Source: Camelus ferus (taxonomy: Eukaryota). From it: a stretch of DNA of 64,000 nt. Positions 40,742 through 52,594 of this stretch are shown piece by piece. The stretch covers positions 40,054,001 through 40,118,000 of the forward strand of contig NC_045696.1 in NCBI RefSeq assembly GCF_009834535.1, read 5' to 3'. Made by a program: the position numbers and the translations under genes. Under the pieces are notes generated by a model. It searched no databases, was not told the origin of the DNA, and was given only the letters and a program-made list of their open reading frames with translations. Within the stretch, counting starts at the first letter, position 1. Each line of letters starts with the position of its first letter.

Positions 40742-41959
40742 AAAATCAACATCCTAAAAATGTCAGTGGTTTTTGGATATTCATTTACAGTACTATCAAC
40801 AGTCGTTTGCTTAACCTAGACCAGAACCAATTCTTCCTTTGTCTTATAAGCATAATAATGGCATACTATTAGTTTTTTTAATCCATTATTACTTGACCAA
40901 AATATTAGCTTGACTAAAATAACACATTAGAGAATATGATGTTGCAGCACTAACTGGGAATGATTCTTTGTGTCTCATTTTCAGTGTGTTTGTGAAGAAG
41001 TCACCTAGTCTTCTGAGACCATTTCTTCCCTTGCAAATGATAAAATGAGATACCAATACACTGAAAGTATACAAGTATAAAGCATGATGGTAGTGAGAGT
41101 ATTTTGAAAACTTACCATTTTAACTACAAGATTTAATTTTAAACCAAAGTAGCAAGAAAAACTAGGGCAACTAGTAAATGAACATTTTTAATACTTGATA
41201 TTGAAAATTGAATTCTTTTTTCAAACCAACCAGCAGTTTAAAAAGTGCTGTATTGTTTCCCATTATAATTCATGTCTTCACTAACACCTAGAGCATAAAA
41301 GTCATCTGCCTCTTGCTTGCCTTGGGTTTTAGTGAGGTTGTGGTAGCCACTGAAAGAGAACTCAGAATTTGGCAATAAAAATCACTTTTCACTTGAAGTT
41401 CTTTTCCTCCTTCCTTTCAAGTCAATGTGTGCTTAATGATTTTGATGCCATTTTGGATCAAACAGAATAATCTTTGAGCCAAATGTACAGCTTATTTCAT
41501 AGTATGTTTAGAATCAGGTCTACACTGCCAAAGTGAGGGAGAAAGGTGGATAAATCTGAGTAGTATAGACAGCTCCTTTGGAAACTTCTAAGCATAAAAA
41601 TGTGCCTCATCTGTCTGGAATTACCTGAAATACCAGAAAGTGTTCATCTGTACACAAACATGGTTTCCTTCCTGACAAAGTCTTTGTGTTTCAGGAAATC
41701 AACTGTATCTGCATTCACTACCCACCATCCAGTTGGAATGTGTAGACCAAAATAACACATTAGAGAATATGGTGACATACTGCAGAAGAGTCTTCACTAC
41801 CCCAGATTATGTGAGTTCTATATCTGTTGGAGGAAATGTCAAACAAGGTTTAAATACATTACAAGGCCATGCTTCAAACCAAAGCATACTGGAAAATGTA
41901 CAAGATCTATTCAACAAGTATTTATTAATGTTTCTATGTTAACTATACATACATCATAT

Positions 41960-42190
41960 TAATAACAAGCTAATGTTTATTGTACACTTACATCAAGCCT
42001 CGTGCTAAATGCTTTATTCCATTTACTCCTACACAGTCTGGTGAGAGAGATATTATTATTTCTATGTCGAGTTGAGAAAACTTTGACAAATCAGGAGAGT
42101 CAAACAAGTCCACATTTTCTAATACATGATTGAGCCCAAACTGGAACCCATGCAAACTGACTTCAGAGCCTCAGTTTTAAGCATTACACT
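41960..42190 (-). mobile_element. MIR SINE
   Basis: agctaatgtttattgtacacttac...gtgctaaatgcttt...ctgacttcagagcc. Confidence 0.7.
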
Positions 42191-42464
42191 TTACTACCTG
42201 TAGCAGTAGTAGGCAATGAGTGATCCACAAAGAAGTAAAAGACACAGTCCCACCGCCATGGAATTTGCCTTTTGGAACAAAGCAACTGTTTAGGGAGAAT
42301 AGGCTAATAAGAGCTGGTCCATTTTGGGAAGGATCCAAATTTTCTGTATTTCCACAGTCAGTTTGCTAATAAATAGAAGGGTCACACACTTGTTATTGTT
42401 TGATCCAAAAACTCCCAATGACTGCTACTTTATGCCTCATTTTGAAAGGAAGGAGCATGACTTC

Positions 42465-43200
42465 CAATTTCAGGAAGATGGAATAGATACACTCTTCCTC
42501 ATTCCTGTCACTAAGTACAACTAAAATCCCTGTACATTATATATAAAACAATATAAAAAGACTCTGACAGGTGGAGAGAAGAAGGAAAATGACTAGAACT
42601 TCAGGACAGAAGGAGTAACACAGAAGTTACTGGATTCTCTTTTCATCATATATATCCTATACGTGGAACTAAAGATGCCAGAAACCTAGAAAACCTAGAA
42701 ATGCTGGTGATTACAGAAGGGAAAAAAAAGCTCCAATAAAAGTTCTCTCAGGCCAAAGCCCTGAGGAAGGAGCAAACAGCCAAGGCAAGAAGCTTTTAGA
42801 CAATAACCACTCTATGCTAGATAAACACACAGAAAAACTCTGGCTTCACCCTCACTATGACACAAAAGGCTAAGTGGGGAGCCTAGACTTCTACCCTTAA
42901 CAGTAATTAGGTACCCTTCCCCTACCTCTCAGGGTGGTTTCAGACAAGGCCTGGTGGAAAATCAGGACTTTCACCATCACCCAGAGGTAACAAGTCCACC
43001 CTACAGCTAAGTCAGTGGAGGCCATATGGAAAGGTGAACTCCCTATCCACCCAGGGGTAATAAGTGATGTCCTCTCTCCCAAGTGTCAGTAAAACCCAAG
43101 TGGGGAACACAGACTTCAACCTCCACCTGGCACTAATGAAGAGGTGCAATCCTCCTTTCTTCTACCAAAGTGGTGTCCAAAAATCCTAGTTAAAGCAACA
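42465..43200 (+). mobile_element. L1MC-type 5' UTR
   Basis: caggaagatggaatagatacactcttcc...aagactctgacaggtggagagaagaagg resembles an old L1 5' terminus. Confidence 0.65.
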
Positions 43201-43272
43201 TATATAATCAATCATTTATATCAATAAATGCCTACTTCAAGAAAAAAATCTCAAATAAAAAACTTAACTTTC

Positions 43273-45933
43273 AACTCTTCCAGAAGATTTAAAAGGAGGG
43301 AGTACTCCCAAACTCATTCTATGAAGCCACCATCACCCTGATACCAAAACCAGGCAAAGATACCACCAAAAAAGAGAATTACAGACCAATACCACTGATG
43401 AACATAGATGCAAAAATCCTTACCAAAATATTAGCAAATAGAATCTAACAGCACATAAAACAGATTATACATCATGATCAAGTGGGGTTCATCCCAGGAA
43501 CACAAGGGTGGTTCAACATACACAAATCAATCAATGTAATACATCACATCAACAAAAGAAAGGACAAAAACCACATGAACCTCTCAATAGATGTAGAAAA
43601 AGCATTTGATTAAATTCAACACCCATTCATGATAAAAACTCTCACCAAGGTGGGTGTAGAGGGAGCATATCTCAACATAATAAAAGCTATATATGACAAA
43701 ACTACAGCCAGCATAGTACTCAATGGTGAAAAACTCAAAAGCTTCCCACTAAAATCTGGGACAAGACAAGGATGCCCACTATCACCACTCCTATTTATCA
43801 TAGTCTTGGAAGTCCTAGCTACAGCAATTAGGCAAGAGAGAGAAATAAAAGGAATCCAAACTGGAAAAGAAGAGGTAAAAGTGTCACTACATATATGCCT
43901 ATGACATGTTACTATACACAGAAAACCCTGAAAGGTCCACACAAAAACTACTAGAGCTGATCGAAGAATTCAGCAAGGTAGCAGATTACAAGATTAACGT
44001 TCAAAAATCAGTTGCATTTCTTTACACTAACGATGAATCATTAGAAAAAGAAAGTAAAGAAACAATCCCCTTTAAAATAGAACCCAAAGTAATAAAATAA
44101 CTAGGAATAAATCTAACCAAGGAGGTGAAAGAATTATACACAGAAAACTATAAACTATTGATAAAGGAAATTAAAGAAGACTTTAAAAAATGGAAAGATA
44201 TCCCATGCTCTTGGATTGGAAGAATCAGTATTGTTAAAATGGTCACACTGCCCAAGGCAATCTACAGATTTAATGTAATCCCTATCCAATTACCCAGGAC
44301 ATATTTCACAGAACTAGAACAAATCATAATAAAATTTATATGGAACCATCAAAGACCTAGAATTTCCAAGCATTACTGAAGAAAAAGAAAGAGGCTGGAG
44401 GAATAACTCTCCCAGACTTCAGACAATACTACAGAGCTACAGTAATCAAGACAGCATGGTATTGGTACCAAAACAGGCATATAGACCAACGGAACAGAAT
44501 ACAGAGCCCAGAAATGAACCCACAGACTTTTGGTCAACTAATCTTCGACAAAGGAGGCAAGAATATACAACGGAATAAAGACAGTCTCTTCAGCGAATGG
44601 TGTTGGGAAAATTGGGCAGCAGCATGCAAATCAATGAAGCTAGAACACTCCCTTACACGATACACAAAAATAAACTCAAAATGCATCAAAGACTTAAACA
44701 TAAGACAAGATATGATAAACCTCCTAGAAGAAAACATAGGCAAAACATTATCTGACATACATCTTAAAAATGTTCTCCTAGGGCAGTCTACCCAAGCAAT
44801 AGAAACAAAAGCAAGAAGAAACAAATGGCACCTAATTAAACTTACAAGCTTCTGCACAGCAAAGAAAACCATAAGTAAAACAAAAAGACAACCTACGGAA
44901 TAGGAAAAAATTTTTGCAGATGAAACCGACAAAGGCTTGATCTCCAGAATATATAAGCAGCTCATATGACTTAATAAGAAAAAAAACAAACAACCCAATC
45001 CAAAAATGGGGAAAAGACCTAAACAAGCAATTCTCCAAGAAAGAAATACAATTAATCAATAGGCACATGAAAAAATGTTCAATATTACTAATTATTAGAG
45101 AAATGCAAATCAAAACTACAATGAGGTATCACCTCACACCAGTCAGAATGGCCATCATTCAAAAGTCCACAAATGACAAACGCTGGAGAGGCTGTGGAGA
45201 AAAGGGAACCCTCCTACACTGCTGGTGGGAATGCAGTTTGGTGCAGCCACTGTGGAAAACAGTATGGAAATTCCTCAAAAGACTAGGAATAGACTTACCA
45301 TATGACCCAGGAATCCCGCTCCTGGGCATATATCCAGAAGGAACCCTACTTCAGAATGACACCTGCACCCCAATGTTCATACCAGCACTATTTACAATAG
45401 CCAAAACATGGAGACAGCCTAAATGTCCATCAACAGAGAACTGGATAAAGAAGAGGTGGTATATTTATACAATGGAATACTACCTAGCCATAAAAACCAA
45501 CAACATAACACCATTTGCAGCAACATGGATGTTCCTGGAGAATGTCATTCTAAGTGAAGTAAGCCAGAAGGAGAAAGAAAAATACAATATGAGATCGCTC
45601 ATATGTGGAATCTAAATAAATAAATAAATAAATAAATACAAAACAGAAACAGACTCATAGACATAGAATACAAACTTGTGGTTGCCAAGGGGGAGGGGGG
45701 TGGGAAGGGACAGACTGGGATTTCAAAATATAGAACAGATAAACAGGGTTATACTGTATAGCATGGGGAAATATATACAAGATCTTGTGGTAGCTCACAG
45801 CAAAAAAAAAGTGACAATGAATATATATGTTCATGTATAACTGAAAAATTGTGCTCTACACTGAAATTTGACACAACACTGTAAAATGATTACAACTCAA
45901 TAAAATATGTTTAATAAAAACAAAACAAAAAAA
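43273..45933 (+). mobile_element. Young lineage-specific L1, 5'-truncated (ORF2 RT and C-terminal domain, 3' UTR, tail); ORF2 disrupted
   Basis: ORF track gives [31 protein letters not shown] and HCWWEC. In-frame stops and frameshifts are present, and the FADD motif reads YAYD near 43895. Host L1 resumes after the tail. Confidence 0.95.
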
Positions 45934-48900
45934 CCTTTCCACTACAAGGAGCTAGGGAAAAAAAACCTAAGCCCAAAATTAGCAGAAGGAAGGAAATTTT
46001 AAGATAAAAGCAGAAATCAATGAAATAGAGAGTAGAAAAATGATAGAAAAGACTGACAAAACTAAGATTGGATTTTGAAAATATAGACAAAATTGAAAAA
46101 CCTTTAGCTAGAATAAATCAAAAAAATAAGATAGTACTCAAATAAGTAAAATTACAAATGAGAGAGAAGATATTACAACTGATACCACAGAAATATATTA
46201 TATAGTACATAGTATATAGTATAGGACAATTATACACCAACAAATTGGCAACCTAGAAGAAATGAATAAATTCCTAGAAACACAAAACCTACCAGGACTG
46301 AATGATGAATAAATAGAAGATGTGAACGGAATACTGAATAAGGCTATTTGGTCAATAACCAAAAATCTCCCAACAAGGAAAAGCCCATGACCAGATGGAT
46401 TCACTAGAGAATTCTAGCAAACTTTAAAGAAGAATTAACATCAATCCTTCTCAAACTCTTCCAAAAAATTGAAGAGGAGGGAATGCTTCCAAACTCATCC
46501 CATGAAGCTAGCATTACCCTGATAGCAGAGTCAGATAAGGATATCACAAGAAATGAAAATCACAGGCTAATATTCCTCATAAATATAAATGCAAAAATTC
46601 TCAACAAAACACTAGCAAACTAAATTCAACAGCATATTTGAATGGATCATACAGCATGACCAAGTGGAATTTATCCCTGGGATGCAAGGACATTTCAACA
46701 TTTATGAAAATCAATCAACGTGATGCACTACATTAACTGAATAAAGGATAAAAATTACATAGTCATCTCAGTAAATGCAGATAAAGATTTGGCAAAATTA
46801 ACATTCTCTTATGATAAAAACTCAATAAATTAGGTATAGAAGAAATGTACCTCAAAGTAATAAAAGCCATATATGACAAGCCCACAGCTAACATCTGGCT
46901 CGATGAAAAGTTGAAAGCTTGTTCTCTAAGATCAGAAACAAAGTAAGTGTGCTCACTCCTACCACCTCTATTCAACATAGTACTGAAAGTTTAGCCTGAG
47001 CAATTCAACAAGAAAGGAAACAAAAGGCATCAAAGTTAGAAAGAAAGAAGTAAAACTGTCTCTGTTTGCAGATGACAGGATCTTATGCATATAGAAAATC
47101 CTAAAGATTCTACCAAGACTCTAAGCACTAATAAATTCAGTAAAGTTGCAGGATACATAATCAATCTACAAAAATCAGTTCATTTCTATACACTACAATG
47201 AACTATCCAAAAAAGAATTTAAGAAAACAATTCCATTTACAATAGTACCAAAAAGAATAAAATACCTAGGAATAAACTTAACCAAGAAGGTGAAAAATGT
47301 GTACACTGAAAACTATAAAATACTGATAAAAGAAATTGAAGAAGACACAAATAAATGGGAAAATGTCCTGTACTTATGGTTTGGAAGAATGAGTATTATT
47401 AGAGTACACATAGTCTGAAAAGTCATCTACAGATTTAATATAATCCTTGTTAAAATTCTAATGTTATTTTTCACAGAAATAGAGAAAACAATCCTAAAAT
47501 CCATATGAAACTACAAATGATCCCAAATAGTTAAAACAGTCTTGAATAAGAACTCTGAACAAACTTTTGAACAAGGTCATTGATGGAAGGTCACACTTCC
47601 TGATTTCAAAATATATTAGAAAGCTATAGAAATCAAAACTGGCATAAAAAGAGTATAGGCTAACGGAAGAGAAAAGATAGCCTAGAAATAAATTCATATA
47701 TTTGTGGCCAACTGATTTTCAACAATTGTGCCAAGAATAACACTCTTCAATAAATACTGTTGGGAAAACTGGATATCTACATCCAGAGGAATGAAATTGG
47801 ATCCATATTTCACACCATATACAAAAACAAATTCAAAATGGATTCCAGACTTAAATTTAAGACCCGATAGTATAAAACTCTAGAAGAAAACATAAGGAAA
47901 AAGCTTCTTGACATTGGTCTGTGCAATGATTATTTTTAGATATGCTCCCAAAAGCACAAACGACAAAAGTGAAAATACACGAGTGGGATCACATCTAACT
48001 AAAACGCTTTTGCATAGCAAAGGAAACAGTCAACAGAGTGAAAAGGCAACCTACAGAACGAGGTGGGGGGGACTGCAAGTAACACGTCTGATAAGGAACT
48101 AATATCCAAAATATATAAGCAACTCCTACAACTCAATAGCAAAATATAAAATGAAAGATAAACTGACGAAAATATGGGTAAAAGGCCTGAATAGACATTC
48201 CCCAAAAGAAAACATACAAATGGCCATCAAGTATAGAAAAAGTTGTTGAATATCACTAATCATCAGAGAAATGTGAATAGAAACAACAATGAGATATTAC
48301 TTCAAACCTGTCAAGATGGCAATTACTTAAAAACAAAAAAATAACAAGTGTTGGCAAGGACGTGGAGAAAAGGGAACTCTGGCACAGTGATGGAGGGAAC
48401 GTAAATTGGTACAGCCATTATGGAAAACAACAAGGAGGTTCATCAAAAATTAAAAATAGACTACCTTATAATTTAGCAATCCCACTCTGGGTATATATCT
48501 AAAAGAAGCAAATTCAGTATCTCAAAGAGTATCAGCACTCCCATGTTCATTGTAGCACAATAGCCAAGATATGGAAATGACTTAAGTGTCTGTCAATGGA
48601 TGAATGAATAGAGAAAATGTGATATATGTATATAATAGAATATTATTTAGCCTTAAAAAAAAAAAAAAGAAATTCTACTATTTGTGTCAATGTTAAGTGA
48701 AATAAGCCAGACACACAAAGACAAATACTGCATGGTATCTCTTATATGAACAGCATAAAAAATTTAAACTCTTAAAAACAGAGGGTAGAATGATGATTGC
48801 CAAAGGTTAGGGGTATGGGGGAAACAGGATGTTGGTCAAAGGGTACAAAGTTTCAGTTTGAAAGATGATTAAGTTCTGGCAACCATTATAGCATGGTGAC

Positions 48901-49010
48901 TAGTTAATACTGTAGTGCATGCTTGAAATGTGCCAAACAGAGTAGCGCTTAAGTGTTCTCACCACACCCACAAAAATGCTAAGTGTGAAGTTTATGGACA
49001 TGTTTAATAG
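45934..49010 (+). mobile_element. L1MA-like ORF2 and partial 3' UTR (its 5' stub lies at ~43215-43272)
   Basis: Continuous degenerate ORF2 (ctgtttgcagatgacagg near 47065). 3' UTR 'gcttaagtgttctcaccac' is cut off at ~49010. Confidence 0.9.
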
Positions 49011-49274
49011 TTTCTAGACGTGACACTAAAAGTACAATTCATAAAAGGAAAAAACCGAGAAATTGGATCTCATTAAAAAAAATTTTCCTGTGAAAGACCT
49101 TGTGATAAGGATGTAAAGACAAGTTACAGACTAGGAGAAAACATTTGCAAACCACATATACAACAAAGAACTAGTATCTTTGATATATAGAGAACATCAA
49201 AATCCAGCAGTAAGACAAACAATCTAGTTAGAACAAGGGTAAAGGAGGTAAAGACACATTCACTGAGAATGAAA

Positions 49275-49720
49275 GCCTCCGTCTCCAGGACGCCGGCACC
49301 ACAGCGCGGCCCGGCTGACACAGGGCCTTTTTCTCCCCAGAATCTTGACGCCATCCCTCCCAGCCCAGCCGGGACCATGTTCACCTGTACCTGTCGGTAA
49401 AGGAATGGCTGCTGCTCCTCAGCCCCCTCCTCCTCCTCCATCATCACAGCAAGCGGGCCCTGCGGCTGGAAGGCCCAGTAGGATTTTCCCGCCAGGGCAC
49501 CAGGCCGCGCGGCAAAGTGGGAGACCGGTAGCCAAAGCGAGAAGGTGCCGCCTGCTTGGCGCGTGCTCCCTGGCGGCGGCTGTGGGAAGGGTGCCTCGCG
49601 GCCAGCTGCTCCAGCCCCACCCCGGCGCCCTTGGGGACTCCACACCCAGCTCAGTGCCCCGCTCAGTAGTTAACACAGTTCTTGGAAACGCGCGGGAGGG
49701 CGTGCGTGCGTGTGTCTGTA
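49275..49720. promoter_or_regulatory. Small CpG island with an E2F site (TTTTCCCGCCA, 49484-49494)
   Basis: Roughly 30 or more CpGs by hand count in ~440 bp; the only such cluster in the window. Exact TTTSSCGC match. Confidence 0.75.
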
Positions 49721-49866
49721 GGGACAGCAGTACACAACCCTTTGTAAATTCCATGCTGTTGTAACCTGGGTAGGCCTTGCAAAATGCAATGTGGGTTTTT
49801 ATAATTCTGTCACTGTACAGTCAATAAGTCAGATGGGTAAATGCTTGATTTCTATCCCATTTAGTG

Positions 49867-49902
49867 AATAAACTGCTCACCCCATTAACACTGGGGAAAA
49901 AA
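49867..49902 (+). terminator. Candidate polyadenylation signal and residual A-run
   Basis: AATAAA at 49867-49872; A6 at 49897-49902, at the insert/L1 junction. Confidence 0.4.
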
Positions 49903-51868
49903 CGTACAGATGGCAAGTAAGCACAGGGAAAAAAATCAACATAATTAGTCAGTAGGTAAATGCAAATTAAAGCCACAAGGAGATATTACAATGGCTATTA
50001 GAATGGCTAAAATAAAAGAACAGTGACAACACGAAATGTTACTAAGGATACAAAGAAATTGGATCACTCATATATTGCTGGTAGGAATATAAAATGGTAC
50101 AGCCACTATGGCAAACAGTTTGGCAGTTTCTTCTAAAACTTAAAACACATTCACCACACAACCCAGCAGTTGGACTTTTGGGCATTTATCCCAGAGAAAT
50201 AAACACTTATGCTCACTTGAAATCTCTATCTGAATTTTTATAGATTTATTTGTATTAACCAAAACTGTTAACAGCCTAGATGCCCTTCAATAGGTGAATA
50301 GTTAGACTGTGGTACAATCATACCATGAACTACTCAGGAGAAAAAAAAACCAAACCCGTTGATACACATGACAATCTCTCCAGAGGATTATGCTAAGTGA
50401 AAACGACTCTCCAGGGAATTCTGCTATATGAAAAGATTACATACTGTATGATTCCTTTCATATAACATTCTTGAAATAACAAAACTACAGAAATTAAAAA
50501 CAAATTGTTTGTCAGGGATGCAAGAAGGGCTGGGGATGAGAGAAGTGGGCGTGGCTAAAAAAAGGGCAACATGAAGAATCTTTGTCATGATATACATGTT
50601 CTATATCTTTTCATATCAATTTCAATTTTAATTTCCTGGCTATAATATCACAGTATAGTTTTGTAAGATGTTACCATTGGGGAAAACTGAATACAGGGTA
50701 CATGAGATCTCCCTGATAATTTTTACAACCACTTGTGAATCTATAATTATCACAAAAACAAAAAGTTTAGAAAACAATAATGTTTTTAAAGGAAGGAGCC
50801 CAGCATTGAATTCAGAAGACCTTGTTTTTGTTCAGTATCACTACTCAGGAGCCTATGACTTTGAGTAAGTCTCTTCGACTTTCAGAACCATGGTTTTCTA
50901 ATATGTAAAATGTGTAGATTAGATAAATTGACTTCTGAAATCAAGTTACAATTGTATGATTCTTTGATAGGTTTTTATTTCCTAGTAAAGAATGTATGCA
51001 TAAAATACACCATTCTCCATACAACTGAAATGGAGTAGATGGGGATTATCTCAGATCTGGGAAAACAGGCACACCCAACTGTGGAGATCCTGCACTTGGG
51101 AAAGACCATTTGCTTGCTTATTAATGGACCAATCTCTGAAGTGTCCTCAACCCAGCCCAAGATAGCATTTCCCCATGTTAGAGATGAGAAACCGGTTTAA
51201 GATACAATTAGAAACTCTACCTTCTCAGCCTACCAGAAGATCAAATAAATATTTCCATTACAGAATTTTTTTTTTCACTTTTTCAGAAAGCCAAACTTTT
51301 CCCAAACGCTGTTTCACAGGGAGAGGAGATAACCCCCATATGTATGGCAGGTCCTTTAATTCACTCTAGCTTCTATATTGAGTTTGGCTTAGTTATCAGG
51401 ACTAACATGTTTACATGACATTTGGAGCATGCTTCTACTGGTCTTCTGTCTGTCACCAGTTAATAAGACTCCAAAACAGTCTGGGTATAAATCCACTGCT
51501 CTTGCTGAAAGCTAGTCTATAAATATTATATTCACACAGTGGTTTTTATCAAGTTATTTTTTCTATTAAAATCTAAAAGGTCTTCAAGGAACTTTAAAGA
51601 AACAAAATTATTATTTAAAAACCACACGACTTTTAAATTCACAAAGGTTTTTCTTAAAACAGTTATACTATTATCCTGAGTTCAAGTTGCATTGGTACTG
51701 CTATATACACACAAAATAATAGAGTGACATAATTCTGTGTGTATAATTCACACCTTGTAATACACACAAAACAATGGAATAATGAAAGTTTGGGAGTGTC
51801 CTCTTGTGATTCTAACTAATTAACTATGGAAATTATCCTATATGCTTAAATATAAAGCTGGGGTCCCT

Positions 51869-52594
51869 AAACCCTCCTACACTGCTGTTAGGAATGCAGT
51901 TTGGTGCAGCCACTGTGGAAAACAGTATGGAAATTCCTCAAAAGACTAGGAATAGACTTACCATATGACCCAGGAATCCCACTCCTGGGCATATATCCAG
52001 AAGGAACCCTACTTCAAAATGACACCTGCACTCCAATGTTCATACCAGCACTATTTACAATAGCCAAGACATGGAAACAGCCTAAATGTCCATCAACAGA
52101 GAACTGGATAAAGAAGAGGTGGTATATTTATACAATGGAATACTATTCAGCCATAAAAACTGACAACATAATGCCATTTGCAGCAACATGGATGTTCCTG
52201 GAGAATGTCATTCTAAGTGAAGTAAGCCAGAAAGAGAAAGAAAAATATCCTATGAGATCACTCATATGTAGAATCTAAAAAAAAAAAAAACAAAACATAA
52301 ATACAAAACAGAAACAGACTCACAGACACAGAATACAAACTTGTGGTTGCCAGGGGGGCAGGGGGTGGAAATGGGCAGACTGGGATTTCAAAATGTAGAA
52401 CAGATCAACAGGGTTATACTGTATAGCACAGGGAAATATATACAAGATCTTTGTGGTAGCTCACAGCAAAAAAAAAAAAAAAAGTGACAATGAATATATG
52501 TATGCTCATGTATAACTGAAAAATTGTGCTCTACACTGAAATTTGACACAACACTGTAAAATGACTATAACTCAATAAAAAAATGTTAAAAAAA
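51869..52594 (+). mobile_element. Young L1 3' fragment with TSD, same family as 43273-45933
   Basis: ORF2 C-terminal peptide nearly identical to 45240-45615. TSD ataaagctggggtc(c/t)ct at 51852-51868 and 52595-52611. Confidence 0.95.

Larger units (their letters stand above)
49272..49902 (-). pseudogene. CENPS: Unprocessed CENPS/APITD1 5' fragment (upstream region, exon 1, ~120 bp of intron 1)
   Basis: Minus strand 49441-49391 encodes MEEEEGAEEQQPFLYRQ, against recalled human CENP-S MEEEAETEEQQRFSYQQ, followed immediately by GT. No RLKAAVHYTVG continuation follows. CpG-rich; embedded in L1. Confidence 0.82.
49011..50770 (+). mobile_element. L1MC-like ORF2 end and 3' UTR, split by a foreign insert at ~49272-49902
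   Basis: ...agacacattcactgagaatga | cgtacagatggcaagtaagcaca... rejoins into the L1 'cacttcaccaaagaagatatacagatggcaaataagcaca' motif. L1MC terminus at ~50700-50770. Confidence 0.85.

Noticed and set aside
43273..45615. Active L1 ORF2
   Set aside because: 5'-truncated, with stops, frameshifts and a damaged RT catalytic motif.
49124..49645. 173-aa minus-strand ORF and overlapping 139-aa and 111-aa ORFs as a new protein gene
   Set aside because: Only 17 codons are CENP-S-like. The rest reads through upstream DNA, intron and antisense L1, and long ORFs are expected in GC-rich DNA.
49272..49902. The authentic CENPS gene start
   Set aside because: The block interrupts an L1, and I recognise no further CENPS exons or neighbouring PGD/CORT/DFFA exons. 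A homology search is still needed to exclude this formally.
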